Translations under genes and position numbers: made by a program | DNA from: Catajapyx aquilonaris | Taxonomy: Eukaryota | NCBI GenBank assembly: GCA_000934665.2 | Contig: KZ538077.1 | Span: forward strand, 1-64,000 | Length of the DNA stretch: 64,000 bases | Direction: 5' to 3' | Notes under the pieces: model-generated | Told to the model about the DNA's origin: nothing | The model's input: the letters and a program-made list of their open reading frames with translations, nothing else | Database searches by the model: none | Shown here: positions 10,555-23,400 of the stretch, piece after piece | Position numbering within the stretch: the stretch's first letter is position 1 | Layout: every line of letters begins with the position of its first letter

Positions 10555-13500
10555 GTTCACAAGCATGCGAGAATCGGAATATCAAGAACTTCTCGCCCAC
10601 GCTAAAATTCTCTCGCGAACCAATAATGGGAGGACACCAATACATTGGATGTACAGTACAGTAGTGAGAAGCTGCAAGTTGCGGGTAATGCACATGGATT
10701 GAGTTTCATGGTTGGAGGGATGAAGGAGAGGTAGAAAATGGGGCCATCCAATCCCATGGCACAAAATTCCGATATTGAGGAGGCAGACAAGGCTGCAAGG
10801 GCAGGCTAGGCGAGGAGAGCAGAAGTGAGGTCCCTTGGAGAATTGGGCAATTATAGAGCCTGCGAGTGGATGACCGGTGGGTCATTAGCGAAGGGAGATG
10901 CGCCCATTGACCTGTGAACTTCCTCTCCAATCCCACTCGGCCTTTACAGATGACTGGATAGAAAGTATCTAGCTTCGCTAACGAGACAACTCGATGAAAG
11001 GAAGCTTGAAGTACGAGCTAGTGCCCATTGTCGCAGACAGGGAAGAAGTAAACGGACCAACTTTATTGGCTGCCAGGCCTATTCTCCGGATCGGGATATT
11101 GTCGTCAGGGAGCGGGTAGACTGGCTTGTCAGTCGCCAGTCGCGACAATTCCCAGACTCAAAGTATACCTGTAGGTGGCACTATCTCAGCTTTTACAACA
11201 CCCACGCAATTACAAACTTACTGATGGAGACCTAAAAGTAGTTTTGTCCCACCGGCCGGTCACGCCACTCGCCAAATCGCTATAAAAGAACTTGGACCAA
11301 GCAGCAAGGCGACGTGCAACACCAGCAGGTACGGTAATGTGCTAATGTCGCTAAACCGCGTTGGCAAGAGTGTGCCTGAACTCACTTTAATTCCAGAATC
11401 AATCATGAAACCCCTGGTCCCTCTTTGTACATCAGTCTGGTGGGTGAAAAATGGGCATTTCTCAAATTTTTTCTCTAAAACCGAACTAATTATTACCCCT
11501 AATAGACTCCTCCTTCATTCATCATTGAGGGTTTTGTGCCGGGATGACAAGTTGGTAATCGCGCAACACCGTCTCCACAATCAGTCTTGATTAGCCCTGA
11601 CCATTTATCACCTCGCTAAAGAGGTTTTAAGTAGCCGCCAACAATTTTGATTGGCTGATTATGCTCAGCTACTTCAAGTGAGGGAAGGGGGGATGGATTC
11701 TACGAAAACTGCAGAAACTTCAGTTCCTGTATGTGAATAGATTTTTTTCCCCTCTCTAAATCTAGATTCTAGAGAATCATTTTTCATCAACTTTAGGAAC
11801 GTGCAAAAAATCATCTGGCCACTGGCAAATTTTCTCAATTTTCGTAATCATAAACTGGAATTTTGAAATATCGGTTATGTAGCAGGTAAGAGAATTGATA
11901 TTGAGAAACACCGCAGGCTTAACTGATTATCGACAAAAATGGATTTGGTAGGTTTTGGAAATAAGCTCCGTGTAATCCTCGATGCTTTGTCACAACAGAG
12001 CCTGCGGAAGCAAATTAAATTGCCTTTTAATTTGGGGTAGTGCTTGTTTACATGTTTCAATTTCTTGATACATGATCCGAGTAATTATCCTAAAGCTTGT
12101 CACGTGATATTTGGAAAGAAACATTCACCTCAACCTGCAAAAATTAGCATCAATCTGATGCCAAATAAATTAACCAATTCTGTGGCACAATCTATCACAC
12201 CCCCCCCACTAGATGGCGGGGGATGTCTGAGGGTGGACCTGGGGGAGGCTTGAAGTTGTATCAGTCGTGAGACAGCCTGAGGCGAGGTTATAGTCTAACA
12301 AAATGTTGGCAACCCGTCCATTATTGGACTACGACCACGACCCGAAGGCAGGTCAGATCTGACAACTTCGAAAACAGTTTATTGACTTGAAACTTTGACC
12401 CATATATAAGTTTGATCTACCAAATATTTTGAGTTTGACCCATATAGGGTTCCAGAAAAGGCACTTTTTGGGAAATAGTGCAGTGTCATATTTCAAACGG
12501 CCGCTCTCTAATTTTCCGCGCCTCCTTTTTGGCGGTGGCCAGCCAGAAGAGCTCTCTCCCTGCTCATTTCCGAAGCACCTGCTCCTTCCTGATTTATAGC
12601 GAGAGAGATAACCGGGATGCCGTTGTCGTAAATATTGACCAAACTCTAGGGGATTTCGAAGCAACCATCCAATAGAGACGGAAATAAAGGAAGGAAACTG
12701 CTCAAATCTCACTCTTTGGCCTGGTCCACGCTCATAGGAGCCTTCTGGCTGACCGGCCTCTGGGAGACCAGTAATTGAGGCAGCTAATAAAGCCGCATTC
12801 CTGAGTGATTGTCACCGGAAGCCAATTGGCCGAGTGGAAAGCACACACTTAAGGAGTGTGCACCTGACTTCACATACCAGGAGTGTGCTTGACTTCACAT
12901 AGTCTACCCATGTCCTCATATGTGAAGTCAGGCGGAAGGGATCGTTGGTCCCTGTCGGACACATGTGGACCGGTGCAAAAATGGGACATACAAGGGATTT
13001 AAATGAGTGATTGATTGCGACCTGTCATGGTGAAGCGCACACTTGGAGTCGGTTGATTAGCCAAATGGCGATGGGCAGGATTTGAGAGAGCTTCCCATGC
13101 AGACAGGACATGTTGCAGCACGTGCTGGGTCGAATGGCCATTCCGGACACATGCTGTTTCCTACCCGGTTTGAAAAGGATTCTTGGGAAAAGCTGGGTGG
13201 AAGCCTCCAGATTACATTATCAACTTGTAACGAGCAGAGGGGTGCAAGGTGATGATCAAGCGGTGGGTCTAACCGCGCAGACCTTCGGCTGGAAGATGGC
13301 GAGGCCTAATTCCATGTTAATAAGGAGTGCGTATTAGCTGTGTTGACGTTCCAAGCAGGCTAATGCTTTTATGGTCATTATTTGGCATTCGAAGCAGGAG
13401 AGACTCCGCAACATTGTTAGCAGCGTCTTATAGGATCGAAGAACAAATAGATGCAATTTCATGCTGGAGAAAAGTCTCATTTAGGACCAGTTACATGTAA

Positions 13501-16051
13501 CGATTTTGTGCAAGTGGTCCCCTTTATTGCTATAGAACTACAGGTTTCCTCCTTTTATGCCTCGAGTATGTAGCGTGTTTTTGTGAAATTTTCTTTACGT
13601 ATACTGTAGCAATCCAATCCCTAGGGGTGGGAGCCTGGAAGGGCATGTAGAAGCTTGCAGGCTTCTTCGGTTATGATACCTTCTTGCAACTGGATATGCT
13701 CAACTGACATCCCTAAGGAGGTACCTGACACTACCATTTTTCTGTGAGTGGTTTAGGTGAGTCACGTACGGACTAGTCATACCCATGGACCTTTTGAATA
13801 GTAAAAATATGTGGAAAAACTACACATCAGAATTTTGAGAAGCCATATTTGGTCATTTCGAGAAACTGGGTGTAAAGAGTAGCAGTGATTTTCAACCACT
13901 ACTTACTGGAAAACAGCTAAATAATACGACTTTTTTCCAAGCATCTTGGAGTCATCATATTCAGGCTAATGCGTTACGGCAACAGTGTTTTGAATAACTA
14001 GTATTTTGATCTATCATACTCATTGCTGAAAAGGCAGCAGTAATGCAACTAGCATCACCTCCTACTAAATAGAGTATACATGTATAGAGCGAGTGAAATC
14101 CAGGAGGAGCGAAAAATAGAGGCGAATGCACCTAACCCTGGATATACATTTGAACAGTGTCACATTCACCCCCAATCGCATCCACGCTTTAGGAGGATAG
14201 TTGATCCACACAGCCGGTTCCTGGTGACAGACATATGGCAGGCTGGGCGTCAGTTGGTATTGTTTACGATCAGGTCAGGGCAGGTCAAATCCCATTTAAC
14301 CCCCGCCATTACCCAGTGCTTGAATGATTACCGCATCGAGTGGGATTAAGTGTATGGTCTCCTGGGTGAATTAGAAACATGTTTTAAATAGCGAGGCTGA
14401 CGATGTGAATGCGCCAGACTTGCCTGCTGCTAAATACAAGGACCAAGTGGTGAAAATCACGCAAACTACGAGAAAACCTGAGCTCAACCAGCGCAGTGTA
14501 AATTCATACTAATTCAGAGTGGTCACTTGCACGCAATGCAGCCAGTTATGTCCCCATTGCTGTGGAGCCAATTAGGACGCAATTTCCTAATTGGCTTCCC
14601 AAAACTTCTGGAACTTGTGCAGGGCGGGTGTAGCATCATGTTATAATGCAAATTAGATGCCATGTAATCATATCTAGTCGCTGAAAATGCTCTGGATCTA
14701 TTATCAACCACCAAAACCAGGCAACTAGTGGTTGTTGCAATATATACCATTGATGAATAATAATTATATTGACGACCAAGAGCTAGTGATGGCATACACA
14801 AGATATTTGTACAAACACTCAATGAATTTCTGGACACAGAAAGTCCTGTGGTCCAAGAAAAGGAAAGGAGGAGAAATTTCAGGAATTGCTCATCCCAGCA
14901 ATAAGTTTAATGAGTAATCACAAGGATAGTATGTCTCACTCTGTTGCAACACAGGGTGTGACGACATTGGGGATGGGGAAGGTTCGGGATCCAATTCAAA
15001 ATGGTGGCGTTGCCTGGCAGTGTTAATGCCAATACCATCTGGTTAGGAGACGGAAGATAGTGTCGTCTTGACGCGATCCGCGGCGTAGGAGATAGTGGTA
15101 ATGCTATGTCTGATGGATGCTAATTATCTTGGTAACGAGGCTTCAGAGACCTAAAGGCACCTCTACATAGAGTGAGTCTCTCGTACCTATAAAGAAAGCA
15201 CCCTAGAATATTGTCTGAATCACATACAGGGTGGTTCACTGCCCAATGGAGAAGTCATTTCGAGTGGGCATTAAGGTAATACATCATGATTCTTTCACCC
15301 TGCATTATAATTCACTTTTCGCACTGGTTGCTTCTCTTTGAGCCGGCTGTTTGAGTGAACAACCCGTTACGTCACCCTGCGGATTTGGTCAGTACACTAT
15401 CTCCCCCGCATGATAAATAAATACTGTGGTACTGACCTAGTGTGTTCGACGAGGACCCTGGGGAAGGGAGGCTCCATGTGTGCTTCTATCGTCTCGGGAA
15501 TGGTCCGATCCACCCACAAACCGATGTCCCGCGAGCTCTGAAGGTATCATACCATGGTCAAGTGACGGGAGTTGGGGTAAAGGAGCGGGAGGCAGTTCAG
15601 AAAGAACGTTCGAAATTGGTGGATGTTTCTGCATGACTTTTTCTTACCTTCCTGGTACTGTCGCTCGTTGTGGCCCGGCCAGGGGAGAGTCCGTTAATTA
15701 GCCCGATATAATTTTAATTTTGCTTATTTGGGTTATGAAACCGCTAAAATTGCTGTATGTTTTGTGGCGCCGCAAGCCAATGAGCGGCTAAATGCACTCG
15801 GGCGCCACATGGATACGGTTCACCTATTCGGACGCGCTCTCAGAACCTCCCCGCACCTCCACCCCGACTCCCGTCATTTCGTCGCGTAGGGAAGATCTCC
15901 CCCCATATTCATATTACATTCTCTATATAAAAATAATTGCAAGAAACAAAGAAACCAGAATAAAAAGAGCAGGAATGACAAGAGGACACTGTTTTGCATC
16001 AAAGTTCCGATGAGAGCTACTGTAAATAGCCATTTTGAATGGGCTCCCGAG

Positions 16052-16052
<1 letters not shown>

Positions 16053-16117
<65 letters not shown>
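16053..16117. repeat. (ATT)n microsatellite
   Basis: Seen directly. Confidence 0.95.
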
Positions 16118-16280
16118 GCATTTACCCCGTGATAGAGCCTGTGGCTCTCTTAGGGAGGGTGGGACACCACCATTTTTGTATGATATTTTTCATGTTTTGC
16201 TTCAAACCCCGGTGCAGGGAAATCAGGGAAATTGGGTAAGGATAGGGATTTCTGGAGAGGGAACGTAGGTGCAAGTGCAA

Positions 16281-16455
16281 TGTCGTTAAACGGGTCGTGT
16301 GCAGTCCCCCAGGAGGTTAGGTTGCCAGACACCTCCAAGGTGCGGGTCAGAGACCCTCCCGACGCAGGTGAAAGGGAACTCCCAGGCGGGGATATAGTCT
16401 GGGACCTTTCACTCAGCAAGCCGAGACGTTACCATCTCGGCCACCGCACCTCCCC
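16281..16455 (-). mobile_element. tRNA-derived SINE family A, copy 2 (B box degenerate)
   Basis: ccccaggaggttaggttgccagacacctcc...gagacgttaccatc..ggccacc shared with 7166-7338. Confidence 0.8.
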
Positions 16456-19400
16456 TAGACCCGAGATTCAGAACTCTTACTGTCACCATTTCGTGGAATC
16501 TGAGTTAGGCATTGTAACATACTCTCGACACAAGTCATTTTATTTGTCTGAGAGAACACTAATTACGATCCCATAAAGATGGGGCAAAAATCCTCTGAAC
16601 CATAACTGTCATATCTCTAAAACATTTGGATGTGACCTGATTGTTTTGCATTTCAAGCCTTCATATGAAAACAAGGTGTTAGTAGTTATCGCACACTGTC
16701 AGGTCTGGTGCACCATTTACAATAGCATAGACCTTTTGCAGGGCATGCAAGTGACAAAACAATTTGCGATAGGAATCAATCATTCGCGACGTACTCAGCT
16801 GGCCAAGTGCACAGTCATAAATTCCTGCTATTTATTCCAAACCCAACTCCACCCTCTGGCATTATCAGCCATTTCATGAAACCCCCAGCCAGGACAGAAT
16901 ATTTTGACCACCGAATACGCTGCTGTGAAATCAATCCGGGAAGCCCTGGGTGCCTCTCTACAGTGGAGCTGACCATTCCTAGATTTGCATGTCCTTCCAG
17001 AGAAAGGAGTGCCAGTGGACAGAGGGCTGAAAGAAACAAGGCTGGATAATCAATCAAAGTGCAGGGGATCCCATCCATATCGGAGAGGATTTATGAAAAG
17101 CATAAGGGGGCATCGCAGGAGGGACGCTACTGCTTGGGAAAAGTTTTACAGAGACGGCATTTGGAGAATGGATCTTCCAGGAGCCCCCACTGAAAGGAGG
17201 ATGGAAAAGGAGAAGTTGCAACTTCCTCCTTTTTTCCAACATTCCACCCACCCTCATTCATACTCCTTTTTCCCTCCCGCCCTTCTTCCAGCAAGGCCCT
17301 CTGCATTGTGCAGAAGCACAACAATGCCACCAGTCGAGGCCGCTCCCATTTTTGGGGCATGCCGAGAGCTTGGCAGCGCCAACTTTCCTCGACGTGATAT
17401 AACTTACTGCATGTGCGATTCGGCCTCCATCTTTGGGGGCCTTATCTGGTTTCTTCATTCCACCACTGCCACTCTCGCCACTTCTTTTGTTCGCCTGCCT
17501 GCACAGATTGTTCGCATAAACTTTCCGTGGCCCAACCACTTGCCCACTTCCTCCAGGCCGCCATCTTTCTACGCAACTGATCAATGCAACTTTCGCGCCT
17601 AGCTTACCATTCCAAATAGTATTTCCGATCTCTGCAAGCCTCCTGAAAGATGTGTCATATATCTGCATAGCAACGGGATTTCGACCCACATATTTCATTC
17701 AAGCTCCTAGAGTATGATCACGTCACTTGCAAAGGCCATATTGTGAGTTTGTCACGGTTGACAGTCCAATTGCCCCACACTAACTATAGAGAAAATAAGT
17801 AGAACACACTTTTGCAAGGCCAGTCAACAATAACTTTATTGTAGACAAATATTATCAGGCCACAAGTCAGATCCATTATTACATGAAATGTAAACGACTT
17901 GTAAAAAAGTGATCGGAAATGTACCCCATAATAAAGACAAGTGGAGAAGGGCTGAAATTGGTGAAAACGTTCCTTCAGTTGGTAGAGTGGATAGACAGCT
18001 GAGTTGGACTCTAAATGTCAATGGAGGCAGTCATTCCGCCTGGAGAGCCTCGAGTTGGCAGCTAATAATCTCATTCATTATTAATCCTCGAGACCATTAT
18101 TTGATCATAAATTTTAGTTTCAATATTTCTGTAGGCGCGCAGCTCCATTGGTATGCGCTGTCGCTGCCGGTAATTTATATGCGTTGCTGTCGCTGAATGT
18201 TGTATAAAGCCAGCGGCTCCAACCCCCCCCNCCCCCCCCCCCCCCCCAAGCCCTCTCTTATTTCATCCCCGGATTGAACACGTGGCTAAACCCCTCCTAA
18301 GTCCCATTGTGCTGCTTTACATATGCACATTCCCCAACGTACTCGGGTTCCTCCACATCCAACTAATGCTTTTCAATAAAAGCAGAACTCGCGTAAAACC
18401 GGGAGGGGAAAAAATCGGACTCTCATTTCGCACTCTGCCATTACTCTCCCTACTAGAACCATTGTCAGGAATTTATCATGTGATTGCAGGGGCTTCTAGG
18501 CCTTCATAGCAATATTAAAGGAGGTCTGATGGAAAAAGTGTGACAGAATGCATCAACTCTACATATCACTGTGTTGGAGACTATCCTATATTTACAGGGA
18601 GAATAGTAGTGACGTTACAGACAAATGACTACTCGACAGTACGGTTTCAGAGATGAGATCATCCTTACAGAGTTAATAATAAGTCACTGAGAGAGCAAAG
18701 TGAGCATGTTTAATTGTCGCAATTGAAATTTAGAAGGTCTAATAAGCGACACAGTGTAATGGCAAAAAAAAGGTCAATATTACTTTGTGCAGTCGAGTCT
18801 ATTGTTTTAGGAGGTTGTCCTCTTGTGGTTCCAGCTCACAGCTCCAGTCTTCCCCGTGCACGATATGAGTTTCTATAGATCCGTCAGTGTAAGAGCGCAA
18901 TCGAGTGTGCATTCCGTGTGCGCACAGGATGCAATCCTGGAATGAGGAGTGATCTGTGCGTAAGCACGATATGAGATGTTGAACGTTACACTTACTTCTG
19001 ACACTGGTGAGCTGGTGGGCTCCTCTGTGGCGTTGCCAGAGCCACTCAAATAACAGCTGAGGTGTCCACATGGTGAAAGTGGGTCTTGCGAGAACTGGTG
19101 TGCGCACTCGGATGCGTTCTTAAAGTGACCGATCTACAGGAGGGGAAAAGACTTTAGAATTAAAAACCAATTCAATCATGTAATCGTTTGCCGCATACTT
19201 TGCTATGTCCTGAACAAACCGACTGATGGAAATTAGGCGATGCAGAAGTTTGTCTTCATCATGCAAAGAGCTCAAGATATCGTATGTTCCGCTCACTGAA
19301 TGGGCTATGGTGCGCAACACCTTCTGGTATAAGGGAAGATGGGTGTGGCGTTGTGCCATCTTACTGGAATAAACTAATTAGTGTGCTTTTACTACATCTA

Positions 19401-19595
19401 GTACCTGTATAGTATGCATCAAGACTCACCTGATGAAGAATCTGTCTGTGCTGGTAACTCTCTCATGGAATGTACAAAATTATATGGGGGGCCTTATGTG
19501 TAAATTTCGGGATGTAAGGCCATGTCGGGGCGACCGCTTAAATTAAATCTTAAAGGTGTAAATAGAAATTGCTGAAACTAGTATCCATGGTTATA

Positions 19596-20477
19596 CAGGG
19601 TGTATCTGTACTCAGTACCAGGGAGCATATACTACATAAGAGGCGCAAACATTCGATTTTTGCGTCTCTCTGTTTATAGGGCGTTGCCAAGGCTGGCGGC
19701 CATTTTGAAGTGTGTGGAACGCCAACGAGGTATAAATAGGGTACAGGCAGGCCGTCAAGGTCCGCGGGGGTCCACCATCTTTGATGGTTTTGGCTGCCAT
19801 GGCAATACACGGCAATAACAATTTACTTACCCATTCCAATATCCAATTCAAATTCGCGCGTGTTCTTGCCGTGTAGGTTGCCATGGCCGCCAAAACCATC
19901 AAATATGGCGGACCCTATTTATACCTCGTTGGCGTACCACACACTTCAAAATGGCCACCAGCCTTGGCAACGCCCTATAAACAGAGAGACGCGAACATCA
20001 AAGGCGCCGACAGAAGTTTGCGCCTCTTATGTAGTATAATTATGCTCCCTGTCAGTACACAGACGTATATGACTGTCTTCCTAGGCACCAGGGATCAGCT
20101 TATGCAGAGGAGTCATTATGTCTGGGCCGCCTCATTACTGAGATAATAGCCATCTATCATGTTAGTTAGCGATTTGACTAAAGAGCGATTTGTAAAAAGC
20201 AGTGAAAGTGCCAGTGCTCTTCAAAATTAGCAGAACAAATTGAAATTACAAACCACAACACAACGGGTGCAATCATATAATCACCATTAATCCTTCTGAC
20301 TGAGGGAGGGTTCGATGGGTGGCCTAACCGACAGGATATTTTGTATTACATGTTTGATGGCAATTATCTCAGTAATGAGGCGGCCCAGACATGACGACTC
20401 CTCTACATAAGTTGATCCTCTGGTGCCTATAGGAAGACAGTCATATACGTCTATGTACTGAGTACAGATGCACCCTG
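19596..20477. mobile_element. Tc1/mariner-type MITE (CAGGGTG family), copy 3, interrupted by a nested element
   Basis: TA|CAGGGTGTATCTGTACTCAGTAC ... GTACTGAGTACAGATGCACCCTG|TA; core is reverse-complementary to that of copy 1. Confidence 0.88.
19619..20051. mobile_element. Palindromic MITE with 7-bp TSD (P-element-like CA...TG ends)
   Basis: TCAGTAC|CAGGGAGCATA...TATGCTCCCTG|TCAGTAC; arms are reverse-complementary over about 190 bp. Confidence 0.8.
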
Positions 20478-23400
20478 TATATCTGTAAATTAACCTCGAG
20501 CCACCAAAACTCTAGTAGGCCTGCGCTGTATTATTTCATACAACAACAACTACAACAACCATGACGTGACTATTCCTCGAAGAATATAATATAAACCAAT
20601 GCCCAACTCAATTAGGACCAAAACGTGACTCCAGTCGCTTTTCATTTCAGGTCTTCACCTGTATGCTAACCAGTTGGGGAACGTACCAATAATCAACACA
20701 CTGTATGCAGCCAACCTCCCGGATTCCGATGTGAACGTCTGCGTGCGTCACTAAAGCTATTCATGTTTTATGACACCCAGGATCCAAATGCAGCATTAAT
20801 GCTACGCCCGTCAAATTAAATTTCCAACAGGTTATGTGAACACATAACAGCATCCCAAACCTGAAAACCAGAATAATTGTATGACAAACCGCCTGTACGG
20901 CACACCTCCAGTCAGGTGAAACATGTGCATAGGTTGCAGTCTGTCCAGGATGAAGGAAAAGCCTGAGGCTATTCCTGTGCTGGCACAAGCGTGGCAATTG
21001 ACTCTCCAACGATTGGTGAGCCAATAGAAGCGCATTTTGGCACATAGAGAAGGAGAAATATCGTGTGGAGAGAGGAGAATCAGGCGCATCTGGATTGGAA
21101 GAAAATGCCTGTTCCTCTCTTCATTTCTTTGTCTCTCCCCATTCCCCTTTATTGCCCTTGTTCCCGCTTCACTTGCACCCCAGCAAAGTGCGACCCTGTT
21201 CCTTCGGGAGCCATCCTGGAGCGCCACCCCAGGATATAACTTGCTTCCAACTGTCGGCCCTTCCTTTGCTAAAAAGAAAATGACAAGTACGCAACGGGAA
21301 CACTTTCCAGATGAACACTTGACGTGCGGTTCATATTTCATCCACTTGACATGCCAAGCTTACATTACTAAAAAGCCATCCGGATATATTCAGGCAACAA
21401 TTCTGTGCATATTTACATTTGGCATATGCAAATAAAAAGTTGAAAAGTGTGTTTCGGACCAATACCTCTGGAAGTTCGGAAACATGCGGTAGAGAAGCCG
21501 AAATGAGAATGGGGCATTCAAGTCGAGTTTTATAGCAAAAGGAAGTAATCTGATTCACAATATGGAGTAAGTAGCCCAAATCTTTTTGTCAGTAAAATCT
21601 TCCGAGGGAATCATTTTTGTAGAGCCCTCTAGTCGATAAAACCAATCCATTCCGCTATAAAACATCCATGCAGTAGGCAGCTATGGGCCAAGAGAGGCCT
21701 AATTAGAGAAATGAGTAATACGAGTGCAAGCAAAGTTGCATAAAGCGACTGTAATGAGTTTGTGTGTACATTTATAGGTAAATTAATGGAATGTTTCACT
21801 AACCACTCAGCTTAGGTGATCCGCTCCAGCCTGGTGATCCACTTGGATCCGCCCTCGTAATGACGATTTGTGCGTTCCCATTAGCTTAATGCCGCATTAA
21901 TATTTCATGCTTGTTGATGCAGCCATCCTACTAAAGTGCAAACGGCTGATGCTCTTTGCAGCAGCCGCTAAAAGTCAGCCGGTAGATAGAGCGATTCTAT
22001 GCACACACAGCTGATCAAAATCATTTCATTCGCATACCATACCAACAACTCTTACCAGTAGATATCGCATAGATTCGTGACATTTTGATCCACACTTTTC
22101 AGTTATGTACAAACAGCGTGTAGTTACGTCGCTTTATTACAAACAATAATTGCTGGATGAAATGAAAGCTCGACCGGAGTGTAGGTCATAAGTCTAGAGA
22201 GTAAGTTATGGCTAGATGAGACAAATCTAATTATCTTCCGATCCCAGCGTGCATGCAGTATTAGTGCAGGGTTGAAAATGCAACGTTAATAATGCTTGTT
22301 AGGTAGCACGGACGAGTGAGTTAGAGCAGCACTCTAACTTTATGCGCTATAGATACACTACAGGAGTTTACATCGGGCCTCTATGCGTGTTGGTTCATAA
22401 AAATATTCTTGCCACTTTGCATCATGGTTATCACAGTATTGACAAGTGGCCTGAACTTTGAGTCGGGCACAGTACGCACGAGACCAAGTCAAACATGAGA
22501 GTTGATTAACTAGAGTGACCGTTTGCTTCCTCCCTAAAAATAATAAGTTTGCCTTTGTGGCCGGCTGTACTCTAAGAGTGAGCCAAAATGATTCCATTAG
22601 GTAAAGAAAAAGGAAGCCAACACGACATAGAAGCAAACAGGCGCCGTGATTTTCTTGCAAGATGAGTCGACCTCCACACAAGAGATGAGAGGGCGCACTT
22701 CTGTCAGGCCAAAGTTTGCCGAACTCTCGGGCGTTACTGTTATAGTCTCATAGTCTGTGCAAACGGGACGTCGGTGCCGTCGGATGATGATATTGGAAAA
22801 CTGTTTTCCAAACTATAGATTGGGGAGGTGAGGGGCGGGAGGGAGCCAAGCGCACTTTTGGAGATCTTGCCAGGACGTAGAGGTCCCCCTTCGATATCTA
22901 TCGAAATGGTGTTGAGTTCTCCTGAGCGAGGCGAGAAAGCGGAGAGTCTATACCTCTTTAGCATCCAAAACTTGACGCGGATTTGTGGTACCAGGTTCAA
23001 GTTTCACCCAGCTCAGCCGAATATTCCTGGCTGACTTTTGGCTCCAACCACGTGGTTGCCAATGATGGGTGAAGAATTTCATCCTGAGCAGTATGCAACA
23101 ACACCCTTGTCCAATTGAAAGTGTAACTTCCAGGAGCAAAACTCAGCCAGTCAGCGAAAATATTAGGTACTGATATTAGGACGAATTGGTGCAGTTGGTT
23201 GCATTGGTGACAATGGGTCAAAAGACAACAATGAGCAGGAGCAGCTTCACAAGCGGATTCCCCTTGGCATGAAAGCACGTCAGTACTACTCTCGCTTCAC
23301 TCTTGGAAATAAGGGTGAAGTAGATGCGACGTGATGACACGGAAAGGGCAGAACTCTTTATGAAATTTGATTACGAGCTGTCGAGCTATCAGATACACTA

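Noticed and set aside
16035..16268. Poly-Leu and poly-Tyr ORFs
   Set aside because: Translations of an (ATT)n microsatellite.
2262..16455. tRNA genes at 2262, 7338, 8005 and 16455
   Set aside because: They have A/B boxes but no complete cloverleaf and continue into repeat bodies or tails, so they are treated as SINEs.
16985..17602. 205-aa ORF
   Set aside because: No recognisable domain or codon bias; low-complexity composition.
20651..20860. Plus-strand exon-like segment (GLHLYANQLGNVPIINTLYAANLPDSDVNVC) after tttcatttcag
   Set aside because: Could not be linked into a consistent multi-exon frame; the next acceptor meets stops in all frames.
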